From assembly GCF_040938485.1 (NCBI RefSeq), contig NW_027271191.1, positions 186,001 to 250,000 on the forward strand: a stretch of DNA of 64,000 nucleotides, read 5' to 3'. This stretch comes from Diadema antillarum. Taxonomy: Eukaryota. The position numbers and the translations under genes are program-made. Below are positions 30,972 through 54,567 of this stretch, piece by piece; the stretch's first letter is position 1; each line of letters opens with the position of its first letter. Under the pieces are notes generated by a model. That model ran no database searches, was not told the origin of the DNA, and saw only the letters and a list, made by a program, of their open reading frames with translations.

Positions 30972-31003
<32 letters not shown>
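30972..31003. repeat. (TA)n microsatellite
   Basis: TA run; a second TA-rich tract lies at 31299-31362. Confidence 0.9.
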
Positions 31004-31008
<5 letters not shown>

Positions 31009-31124
31009 ATATGTATATGCATCAAAATATGAAAGTTCTGCGTCGGTGTGTAGTAAATAGATATCAAGAGTAAAATCAGTCGTATAAACACCGCAGGACT
31101 CAGCTGGAGCGAAAAAAAAAATGG

Positions 31125-31157
31125 ACTGACGTTTCGGTCAAAGACCTTTATCAAAGT
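31125..31157 (-). ncRNA. Minimal type I hammerhead ribozyme motif (minus-strand copy)
   Basis: Reverse complement reads ACT-TTGATAA-A-GGTC-TTT-GACC-GAAA-CGTC-AGT, identical to the plus copy. Confidence 0.6.
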
Positions 31158-31208
31158 AAGTCTGAACACAAACAATTTGATAGCATCAAATTGTTTGTGT
31201 CCAGACTT

Positions 31209-31241
31209 ACTTTGATAAAGGTCTTTGACCGAAACGTCAGT
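31209..31241 (+). ncRNA. Minimal type I hammerhead ribozyme motif (plus-strand copy)
   Basis: Stem I ACT/AGT, core UUGAUAA (CUGAUGA with U3-A8), stem II GGUC-UUU-GACC, GAAA, loopless palindromic stem III ACGU, predicted GUC cleavage after 31238. Confidence 0.6.
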
Positions 31242-31362
31242 CCATTTTTTTTTTTGGGCTTCTGCGGTGTTTATACGACTGATTTTACTCTTGATGTTGT
31301 ATATATGTATATATATATATATATAATATATGTACATACATATATTATATATACTACATATA

Positions 31363-32041
31363 TACACTGGACAGCAAAAGAAAGTACCCACTTCTGTCAA
31401 AGGCCGCACACAAAAATTCAACCGACTAGAAATAAACAATTTTTGTACACAGGTTTGCTACAATGCCCCTTACCCTAATCACATGCACATAAGCAAGTGA
31501 ATGTCTTCAACAAAGAGGAACTTGACATGCCCAGCATTGTTGGTCACTAAATCAAAAGTCCCACACAAAAGCACTTTCCACCACGCCTAAATGGCCACTG
31601 AATGGACAACACTTTAAACAACCAATATGTCAAAGTGAACACCTGTTTTGTCAAAATGATGTTAATGAGTGTATTCTGTATCTAAGGATGCTATCCTTCC
31701 TAATTATGCTAATTTCTCTTTAGACTGGACATTAATTTACTCTGGTCTAAGCAAGCTTTCATCAGGAAGATTATGCCACGTCTTGTAAGGCTTGTAAGGC
31801 TTGTAAACAAGGCTCATTCTGTTACATTTTGTGACTTTTGATTCAGTGACCAAGATGCTGTGCATGTCAAGTTCTTCATTGTTATGAAGACATTCACCTG
31901 CTTATGTGCATTGTGATTAGTAAGGGGCATTGTAGCACACTAGAGTCCTGTGTACAAAATTGTTTATTTCTATAGGGGTGAATTTTTGTGTTCGGCCTTT
32001 GACAGAAGTGGGTATACTTTCTTTTGCTGTCCATCAGTGTA
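31363..32041. mobile_element. Tc1/mariner-like MITE with long TIRs
   Basis: TA-CACTGGACAGCAAAAGAAAGTA ... TACTTTCTTTTGCTGTCCATCAGTG-TA; arms pair for over 150 bp. Confidence 0.85.
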
Positions 32042-32053
32042 TATTGGAGCTAA

Positions 32054-32194
32054 NNNNNNNNNNNNNNNNNNNNNNNNNNNNNNNNNNNNNNNNNNNNNNN
32101 NNNNNNNNNNNNNNNNNNNNNNNNNNNNNNNNNNNNNNNNNNNNNNNNNNNNNNNNNNNNNNNNNNNNNNNNNNNNNNNNNNNNNNNNNNNNNN
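32054..32194. other. Assembly gap
   Basis: 141 N bases. Confidence 1.
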
Positions 32195-33894
32195 AGAATG
32201 ATAATCCATCGTTCAATATGATTAAACCGTCTAAATGCTACCTCAGAATCTTAAAATAATGTCTTAGCTCTATATTTGCAGAAAACCCCATTCAATTCGG
32301 TGATATACAGCGGTCACAGAAAAATGTGGATTTTTGTAAAGCATGTCATGAGTCCAAGTTTAGCACTTGGGTGCTCTTGGAAATTGTGTGAACACAGTGG
32401 ACAGAACTTGGAGGGAAGAGACTTCTGACATGCATGCTCCACAAAAATAATATTGCTAATTTCTCCTTGACCAATGAAGCAAATCTTTTTATAATGGGGT
32501 CTACTGAAGATGTGGGCAATGAGTTACACAACTGTACAATGTAGTTTCATACCGTTAAATTGTATACTAGTATTGGATTGATTCACTATTTCAAAGAGCT
32601 CTAGATCGTTGCGGGAGATATCGTTGTAATCTTTTTGGGACATCGGTACAATATTATACTGGATGTACTTTACGTATAGCGTATACAGCAGCGATTAATC
32701 GATCTGTTGAATGTTTATAGACCTACAACTGCTTTTAATTACTTCAATATACACACTACTAATTTTGGTGACGTGGTTGATTGCATTATAAACACAAAAT
32801 AATAGGATAAACAACCACAAACTTATGATTATACCGCCATTTAGCCATTGCGATTATGATTATCATATTCTGTATAATCAACATTTTGTTCTGCTGCATA
32901 AACCAACAGATTACACAAACTACATAATCTTATGCTGTTACTTATAATTTTACTGTCGCTCCAGTGTACTGATACCTCAGTGACGTACGGTATAGGTACC
33001 AACTATAAGTTGTCTAACGTATAGAGCACAAACATGTAAGAATCAGTATTAGGGCCTATACGGTTAAAGTGATGGAACGTGCATGTAGTATCTTTGGACG
33101 ATTATACGGCGTTCACGACATTCATGCGAACCTTTATACATGTTAACATCTGACTTGAAAAATAGAAACGCTATAGAAAATAATTGATTTTTAAAATCCA
33201 ATACATAGTAATAGTAAGGGAGACTTTTAAGAGCATGTATAGCCCCATATTCAGAAGGAAGGCCAATAGCTGCTGAATTATTGACCGAAGACACAAAATC
33301 GTATCCAACTATACCAAACCTATTGATGTTGAGAGGACATCGTATAAATATAATCTCATTCATTAATGTGATTGCATCTAGACAGCCGCTGCTCAGTAAA
33401 AAAAAATAAATAAATAAATAAAATAAAAATACAAAATACAAAAATTCATATCTCATTCCCATTTTCATTCCAACACGTTTCGTATTTCATGCTCAATTTC
33501 AATAACCGCTTTCTTTTGTTGGGACATTAATTGATTTGCTCTGATAAATCAAAATCGGCCTAAACATGGAATAGATTGTGAGATTTTTCACGACGGAAAG
33601 CGTGGACTATAGATAGCATGCCCCGCTGGTAGACTGCACTCTTATAATATAACAGAGGAATACCTATAATAGGAGGTAACTCATGTAAGCCTAATTATCA
33701 CACAAGACATCTCCTTGGGGATACTCCCATCATCTGCCTCATGCATGCAATAAACGCAGATGTTGTGGCTCACTGGACATACAAGCAAGACCATTGCCTG
33801 ATATCAATCACGAGGTATATCCCTTGGTATATCTTCGGGTGGCATTTTACGTCGTCGGTCCCTTGGTTTCATGCTTATAGTTTATTCACATGGT

Positions 33895-34847
33895 GGCCAC
33901 CTGTGTGGGGGAATTGCGGTGTTAACAAAATAAAGTCGATATTGTTATTTCAAAAACGTAAGGTAAGACTTATTACCGGTTCACACTACTTAGCACACAC
34001 TGAATCTTTATTTTATGATTTAAAGACTCCCATTCTGATATACAAACAGCAATATTTATGTATAAATATACATAACAATCAGCTCCCTGATTTGTTTAAA
34101 GACATATATATTTCAAATTATAGTATTCATTCATATCCTATACACCGTCCGCAGCAGATTATCATTTTGGAAAACCCTAAATTCATTGTAGCTCAAAATT
34201 CTATAAGACATCGTGGTCCAGATGTATGGAACTCATTGAAAGATGACCTTAAACGCAGTTCTTCTTTACAATGTTTTAAATCATCTTATAAACATATTCT
34301 TCTCGCAATGTACCACTCGAATTAGAAATTACGCTTTTGTTTTATAGTCCCCAACTCCTGAACACTGTATCTTATCGCTTTTCTTCTCTTCTCTCTATCT
34401 TCCTATTCGGGTACCTTATTCTCGGGCTTTGTTTTATTTTATTTTATTTTGTTCTGTCCTTCTTTCGCCTTTTTACATTCCACCTTGTGTTGTCCTTTTC
34501 CGTTAAATGACAGTTAAAATAATTTAAAGATTTACTCTATATTTTGTTCTATACGTGTGTATAATTGTTCCGTTCCTTCCTTTAGTTAAATTTTAAAAAA
34601 ATTGTTATAAGGCATGTTATGTGCAGAGGCCGTTGTCCAAGTCAAGCGTTTTGCTGATAATTGATAACGGTCTCCTCCACCTGTACACTTAAAGATCGGA
34701 AATGATATCTATAATTCACATGATTATATATTTGTAATGCGACATTTTGTTTATATTTTCATGACTTGTGAATAATATGTTCGATATTGTCATACTTATC
34801 TTCTGTTACGTACAAATGGAGAAATAAAGCTTACTGAAACTGAAACT
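33895..34847 (+). mobile_element. 5'-truncated L2/Crack/Daphne-like LINE
   Basis: Degenerate ORF2 C-terminus (WG...QKRKVRLITGSHYLAHTESLF...IRHRGPDVWNSL...FK) ending at 34325; ~500-bp 3' UTR, AATAAA at 34823, and an (ACTGAA)n tail. Confidence 0.85.
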
Positions 34848-36559
34848 TCAAACACATACATTGATTTGTGTGCCATGTGCCATGCAGAACGTCATTTACA
34901 TCACCAGGAAAGAGGTGGATGAGCAAAAAGCATGCAGAGAAGGAGGTACCTCCTTGCTTATCCATTTAGAACTATATAATTTATCTCCATCTCACTGCTT
35001 TCACCATGGACCTTATCTAAGGTCCAATACAGTTCTTTGCTATTTACCAAGGAGATATAGCTCCATTCTTATCTACCACAATGAGTATACTATAAGTGCA
35101 TGCATTCCCCTATAACGAAGTCCTCGGGACTGGCGGGTTTCTTTCTTTATATCAAAATTTCGTGATAACCGAACAGTGAATTATGTAAAGAAATATAGCT
35201 TATAAAATCAAAGATATAGGTCTATAGATCATAATTCTGGGACCTCAATGTTAACCTCGATCTTTTCAACCGTGTTCGTTATGAGGGGAGCACTTTACCG
35301 ATCTTTGCATACCACCCGTCTCACCTTGTCGCCGAGCATTCTTTGCTGGTCATTGTTTTAATGCCAAAGAGTGTTGCAAGTAAGTTGACCGATGCGATTT
35401 CGTTGTTGAGACAAAAATGCATAATACACCCAACCAAAAGAAGAAAATTACCGAACTTTCCAATGACTACTTGCACTTTAGATAAACATGCGTGCATGTA
35501 TATTATGCTAATGATCAACTAGAGAATTCGGCGTTGAACTTTTAAAAGTTTTGATATTGTACTCAGACTTACATGTATATAAGTAGTAGTATAATACGGG
35601 ACTTTGAAGAATAATAATGACAATCTTCCGTCCAGTGATGCCAATAATGATAGCGTTACAAAGATCAAGATCACGACTGGCAACCAAATCTGCAATGGCA
35701 AACTTAAATCCCCATAATTCTTTCAAAATCTACGTTATTTTCTTCAAAAATGTTCTCTAAATATGGGATATCATGCCACATCAATATAATCTCCATCGTG
35801 GTAATCTTTATACACACAAAGTGTTAAAGAAATACAGTTCGGAAAGCACATCATGGATGATTGGCCTATTATTTTACCTCATGTCAAAAATTTATTGGCA
35901 CACACAATATGGATGGATGATTCCGTCAAGAGATTCAGTGATCTTTATGTTGGTGCAATAGATATTTCCTTAAAAATTTGGGAGTGTCAAAGCTGTTGAC
36001 CATCCTTATTTCGTTGGCGCATATCCCAAAGACTGTCATTTTAAGAGACAGACAGAACTTTGAAATATTTAAACTTTCTTTGAGAAAGGCCTTTATTTTT
36101 TACATTCAGATATTGCTTTAATTCTTTAAATATCATGATGAAATTAAACCCTTCGTGACTGGCAATGAAATATAGCACGTGTATGTTTTTGTTCTGAATT
36201 AGCTACAGGCTGAATTGCTTTATTTCAGAAAGTTATCACACTGTCACTCTCCACCGCAGACATTACATTTTATTTCGAAGAGGGTTTTAGAGATAAAAAT
36301 GGCGATTGTGTTAATATCGCTATCTTGCATTATTCTAATCAGCTCCATTACTCATTATTACTTGTCATACCCATATAGAAACATCGAGCATTAAGATTTG
36401 CTAAAAAAGAAATCCACAAAACAAAACAAAACAAAACACACACACAAACACACACACACGAACACACCAAAAAATAACGCCAAATGAGGTACTTCTTGAA
36501 CTGGTCATAGACCACTAAACTCCTATAAGAATTGAACCATTTACTGAAGAGTTTGTTAA

Positions 36560-36792
36560 TCCAAACAAGTTTAGGGCGTTATTCCGAAGTATCGTAATTC
36601 CGAAAAAAAGCTGAATATGAAAAACAGGTATCGTTATTCCGAAGGTTTGTTATTCCAAAAAAGAAAAAAAATCGTCATTCCCAAGGTTCAATAATTCGAA
36701 AAATACAAATTGAAAGGATGATGTGAATACATAACAAACCTTCGGAATTTCGATTTTTCTTTTTCATTTTCGAATTAACGAGCCTTCGGAAT
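36560..36792. repeat. Fragment of a TTATTCCGAA-repeat DNA element
   Basis: Several TTATTCCGAA copies followed by inverted TTCGGAAT copies. Confidence 0.5.
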
Positions 36793-38220
36793 ATCTAACT
36801 GCATGCAATCGGTTTCGCGGCACTTATATACAACATGCACTGATAGAGATTGAACTATATTACAGGCCGTGGAGGTTACATTTTAGATTCAGGAATTTGT
36901 TTTCTAGAAACATCATTACATTCGAAATTCATCTTGTGTGCTTGGTCTTCTGGATTCAATACCATATAACTATACATGGGCAAACGGTAGTTCTTGTTTC
37001 ATATATCATTTACATTCGAACCTTCGAAAAGTTTCGAATTTGACACAACTGTGCAAGGAGGTACGTCGAGTGAGCGCTTTCAAGGGGGGGGGGGGGGGAA
37101 GGCACTTCCGGGTTTCATGAGCTAACAAGTGAAAAAAAAAAAGGTCTTCAGCTCATCTCTCCTCTTCCCCTTTCTTCAGCTGACAAAAAAGGGGGTTTTC
37201 AGTGCAAACACATAACCTTACCTCACTCACACTTCAAGATCTCTATCTATTTCTTTTTAGTGCCGCTTACGTACTTCGGGGTTAAAAAAAAAAGTTGGGG
37301 GGGGGGCAAAGTGATGACTTCTTATCTGAATAAGTAGGAAAATATATTCCTTGCAAAACATTGATGACTTATGACAAAAATTGTTAGTAGGACAATGAAT
37401 AAAATGGATAAAAAAACAGAAGACGGAAAGAGAGAGAGAGAGAGACAGGGAGAGAGGGAGATCACGAATGGATCTGAGACAGCTGACGCAAAAAGTTAAA
37501 GAACGCTCGTGGTCATACATTTTCGTCACATGCATCTTTAATAATTATGAATCTTGAAGGTATAGAATGAAATGCCATCTTTTCATGTACATCATTTAGA
37601 GGTTTGCTTATCATTCAAGCACATTGATCGATTTTGGTCTACAAGGCCGTCCTGAAGTGGGGACAACCACTCATCAGCTACGTTCAGAATATTCTCATTT
37701 GACGATAATTATATAAATACACTATGTAATTATGATGACGAATATAGTTTTGGGATTTCATTGACCTGACTATCATAAACCATACCACAGGTTGATGATA
37801 TATCAAGCAATAATCATCATGACATGACCAAGCTATCACAAAATGTATAAAAAATCCAATTTCTGTATTAAAAATGACGGAGTTGTTCCTATGTATAGAT
37901 TTTCGTTCATCCAGTGTTTCGATTCACATCTACAGTCTATACACTACACCGAATTACACAAGATCACGACAACATTAGCAATGATGAATACTTTAGTAAT
38001 TCACTGTTTAAAAAAAAGAATTATGAAGCATGCACAAAAAGCGTTCATTTCTTCAACAGCAACAGGTATAGGCTTATCATCGATAAGGCGATTTAAAGAG
38101 GTGAACAGAAGGCAAAGGTGAGACATAACGGATCAACCTGGCTAAATTCCCTGCAAAGTTCATTTCTTTTCTCCCCCTCTCTCTCTTTCAAGAATTCGTT
38201 ATAGGTGAGAGAAATATTGA

Positions 38221-49702
<11,482 letters not shown>

Positions 49703-49785
49703 GTTGATTTTTGTTCTACAGGATGATGAGACAAAACGATCATGATGAGAGAAGACAATGAGTGTAATCATATGTCCTCGTTTAA

Positions 49786-50675
49786 AGGGCATGGCTAGTA
49801 ACTGATCAGTGGGAATCAGTAGGAATGCTGGGGGAAGATTGTTCCAATCCTTTGTTGTGTGATCATTTGCTTCAGAATGGTCTCATATTCAAGTAATGTG
49901 CAGTTTAAAGGACAAGTTCACCTTCATAGACAAGTGGGTTGAGTGAATGCAGCAATATTAGTAGAACACATCAGTGAGAGTTTGAGCAAAATCGGACAAT
50001 CCGTTAAAAAGTTATGAATTTTTGAAGTTTCTGCTCAGTCACGGCTTGATGAAAAGACTACTATAGCTTGTGATGTCACATGAGTACAACGATATAAAGA
50101 AAGAATAAAGAAAAATCAACATATTTCCATTTTTCTCGCATAACAAAAGAACACTCGACTTTTCTCTTTCAGAAGGTAGGGGGAATAATATTACCCTTAA
50201 CATACGTCAGTAGCAAGTCAAAGAAATGTGCACTTTATTCAAAAAGTAAAGTTTTGCGAAATTCTCTTTTTATTTTCCTTATATAGTTGTACGCATGTGA
50301 CATCATACACTGTAGTAGTCTTCTCTTCCAGCAGTGACTGCGCAGATACTTAAAATATTCGTAACTTTTGAACGAATTGTCCAATTTTCCTCAAACTTTC
50401 ACTGATGTGTTCTACTGTAAATATTGCTGCATTCTCTCAATCCTTATGTATATGAAGGTGGACTTGTCCTTTAATGTTTCCATGTTAGCATGCCTGTACA
50501 GTGACAGGGCGATTAAACTGGTCATTACTTGAATATGAGACCATTCTGAAGCAAATAATTTTCAGACAACAATAGCTATATATTGTATACTCTTAAATGA
50601 ATCCCACAAAGATTGGAATAATCGTTCCCCAGCATTCCCACTGATTCCCACAGATCAGTTTACTAGCCATCCCCT
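49786..50675. mobile_element. Kolobok-like MITE, family 3 (host of a nested copy)
   Basis: TTAA-AGGGCATGGCTAGT ... ACTAGCCATCCCCT-TTAG; arms pair for ~110 bp. Confidence 0.75.
49909..50470. mobile_element. Kolobok-like palindromic MITE (nested)
   Basis: TTAA-AGGACAAGTTCACC ... GGTGGACTTGTCCT-TTAA. Confidence 0.85.
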
Positions 50676-50757
50676 TTAGAATTACGAATAGGCTTCAGAT
50701 TGATAGCTCTAGAGAATGTCGACTGAAATAAAATGTCGGAATGACAATGAATGCGAT

Positions 50758-50838
50758 GGATGAATGAATGAATGAATGAATGAATGAATGAATGAATGAA
50801 TGAATGAATGAATGAATGAATGAATGAATGATGAATGA
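50758..50838. repeat. (TGAA)n microsatellite
   Basis: ~18 units. Confidence 0.95.
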
Positions 50839-53800
50839 AGAAATTCAGAAAGGATTTGAAAAGCTTGTATTCTGTTAAACAAATCGCTTGCTGAGATTTT
50901 GCAATAATCAGAGTAATGTCTGCAAACGCCAACCAAACATAAACCCATAACACTGTTATATGTTGAGAAGTCGTAAGCATTTTCTGTTTCATGTTATCGT
51001 GCTGAAACATCAGCCATTCTGAAAACTCAAAATTCTATTATATAAAGCTTCCCATAGTATATAATATTATATAAAGCCTAAGAATCGATTGGTTTTCCTG
51101 CAATGATTAATGAACTAAACAACAATAACAAGCAAAAGCGAATTTGATCAAAATATGGTGAAAATAGCGCGTAATCTCACACAATCAATACAATATAATT
51201 ATACTCACAAGACTTCAGGTGTAGGGGTGCAGAGAAGAGAAGCTCTTGCCGATGAATGGGACAAGGATATTTGCTCAGCAGGGTAATATACTAAAGAAAA
51301 TGAGACTATCGAAAATAGGCTTCATCCCGTCGCTAAATAAGAATATCCTCTCTCGCTGGCGTGCAGGGGCGCGCTTGGCTCAGATCATCCGTTCGTTGCA
51401 AATGTGCCATAAAAGCAGAGATAAAGTGACAAATGACAGCTGTTTTAGTTCTTTTGTTGTTGTTGTTGTTGCTTTTTTCTAGAAACGCTATATGATATAA
51501 ATCTCAGCGATAATGTGATGTATATAATAGTAAACATTCTATCCTTACAAATTTCATATCTGTACTTAGAGGTAGGAGAAATCTTTCAATTCCTTTTTTC
51601 AATTTACTTGCTTTGTCCACGGTAACGTCTCCGATATCGCGCAAAAAAAGGAAGCTGTATGAAAAGAAAAAAATGTGGATGAAACTGACCGCTTAATAAT
51701 TCAAATATTTTAGAGGGTGAAAATAAATTTGAGGGAATGACTGGATTTACTTCTCTTATATTTATATAAACAAAATGTCACACAGTGTTGAGAATAAACC
51801 ATTGAGTAGTAAACAGTTCATTTTATTTGTGCTATTTGTTCACACAGATAATGATGACAACTGGCCGACAACTTTTGCATTGAGTCCCCACACAACAGTG
51901 TCTAGAAATAGTAACAAACACCTTGAAAATATTACAATTTTACAGAGTTTGATAACAGTGAGAGATTAAGTGCTATATACGACGCTTTTTTTTTCGAGGC
52001 GCTTTGTTTGCATCTTAATTATCGTTCAAGGAAGAGATGAAGATCTCATCTGTCACCATGTGAGACTTTGCCTGGCCCAAGTCAACCATGGGTGATTCAA
52101 GCGACAGATTAGCGTAGCAGGAAGCAAACAGGAAAAGTGCGCCTCAAAGACGGGGGTGCCGCGGCTGTGACCCCTTGTCAATTCTCGCTTCCTGTGAGCA
52201 CATTGGGTGTCGAGGGTCTATAGCAGAAACCCATTCCTGCACAATAATAACGTACAAAGAAAACAAAGAAAGTGAAAAAAGCAAAGCAACGATCCAACAA
52301 TAGCAAGAACTGTTTGAATGGGAATTTACTCGCTACAATGAAATAATGCTGTTATAAATTATTATGCAGACATCACTGGGAATGGGAATCATTTTTGGAT
52401 TTCAACGACGAATGTTTATGGCGTCTTGTCAGTCCACATGAAAGAAGATTCAAAATCATGATACATCTGTAATATACTCACAAAGGCACGGTAATTTAGA
52501 GCAAAGGATTTCTCCTTCATATCTAATCATAATTATTCTGTACAGTTCCATGACCTGTGACTGTCGCCACCATTAATCTAACTGCCAAATCTAGGGTACT
52601 CCACAACAACCACTACAACAACACCAACAATCAGACAGTAAAATTTCCTCAACTTTCACTTTCACTTTCGTACACGGTGTCGTTTTTGTTACTGCTGTTG
52701 TTGATGCCGTTATTCATTTCAAATCCATGTCCGACATTGCTACTAAAGCAAGTGCATTGGCGCCATGATTTCTACAAGCAAGTGTCTACACCATTGACCA
52801 TGTCTTGTCAACAAAGCGGGCTATATAGCCCCCTGGCCATTACAACCCGCACTCTGTTCAAGAGTTGTGTTTTTATTATATATTTTATTGATTTCAACAA
52901 TTGACATACAAATATAAACCATTTCAAAATATTATATATAAATAACACAACCAGGAAAATGGATTTGAAAATAGAAAACCAAGAGAAAAGGGGAATAAAG
53001 ACAGCAGGACAGAAATATGCTTGACCTCAAGACCTCCATTAGGGGGAGAGGGGAAATGATAAAACCCGATGATGATTGCTATAGTTCACACGGAAAAAAA
53101 AAGAGAGAAAAAAAAAGAGAAGAATATATTTCATTTTTAGGCCCTATCTCGATTCGTCAAGGAGAGAGGGGAAGAGGGCAGACTCGTTTACTCAGTATAC
53201 TTGAAATGTGCAAATATTGTGATGAAATAGAGAAATTGATAGAGCACCCATTCCATCTTTCGAAGTGTTGAAACAAAGAGGTGGGAAACCACCAGAGCCA
53301 GAGACGAGATCAAGAGGGGCTGGCGATAAATGGATAAGGATCGAGAGTCAAGTGTTATGTTGTGTGCGCAGTCTCGGCCTGATTAGCGCGTGTGTGCAGG
53401 CATGGTACATGGGATTGGCAGAGTCGTACGACGTGGCTGTCCAGGCTGTCAAAGATAAAGATTATTACAAGGTGAAGTCAGATGTTGATATCAACACTCC
53501 CGATTTCGCTTATATTCTCCATAACCATCGGCAATCCGAAAATGCTACTACTTTTACTACAATAGAACTTTAGTTACTTCCGAGGATCCAGCTCTCCCGG
53601 TGTTCAGCTAACGGTCCCACATATGCTATTCTGTGTTACTTTCATGAATAGGTTTACACACTGCACAGCTGTCGCTATTTACAGCGCGACTGGGCTGTGC
53701 AGTGTACAGTTAAAGTTACACTATAGATCTATACACAGCCCAGTCGCTGTATAAATAGCTGTGCTTCGCACAGCGTCTGGTCGGGCTGAAGTTACACCAG

Positions 53801-54567
53801 CTTCTTACTAAAGTCTCATTTTTAGATATAGACTCTTAATGTTCCTTGTCCGTATGGGGTCGCTGCTGCGGTTACCCCTCTGGGGCTCTGTTTATACTGT
53901 AACTAGTTACTGCTACTGCACTGTCTCTAGATCGATACTTGTGAAATCAACTTTAAGTTGGTGTGGTGTGCGTGTGGGCACTGCACAATTGCTTAAACTC
54001 AAAGTTCAAATGTAGGGTGGGGTGTCTCTACCCCTCTCTAGTTCTAAGCAGGGCAGGGCATCCAAAAAGTCCATGATGCGATAATACTAATAGATGAATG
54101 TGTTTTCATGGGTGCATGCGCATGCCATAATTTACCAGGCATTGTGCTTGCACGAGTTTTTTTTTTTTCATTTTCTTTGTACCCTAAAAGAGACTCTGTC
54201 TTAGCCACTGCAGAGCTAAACACCTGACATGACAGATAACAGCTCAAGGGTACTTCAGAGAATCTAATATCTAAGTTGTTACTTTTACCCCATTTGTATA
54301 CTTTTGCAGATTGTTCAAGCCGCACAATATGCAGCATCGACTGCAGAAACCAGTGTACAACTACAAGAATACCTTGCAAGTTAAAAAAACAGACTTTATC
54401 ACTGTGGCAAACATTCTATGGTACTAGCCATTGTCCATTTGACAGGATAGTCAATTACAACATACAAGAGCTCTCCAGAGACAAGAGAGGTGCCTGCTAG
54501 TTTTTTGAGGATATCACCTGTAAGTAGATGGTCCTTCACTGCTTCGCCAAGCTTCTATCTTTTCCCA

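Larger units (their letters stand above)
31063..31295. repeat. Long palindrome, probably an inverted Penelope-like pLTR remnant
   Basis: Arms 31063-31181 and 31185-31295 around a 3-nt spacer (AGC); near-perfect except one asymmetric segment; flanked by TA repeats. Confidence 0.85.

Noticed and set aside
33741-34325. 194-aa ORF as a host gene
   Set aside because: Only the portion after ~33895 is meaningful, and it is decayed LINE ORF2; the N-terminal part is flanking DNA.
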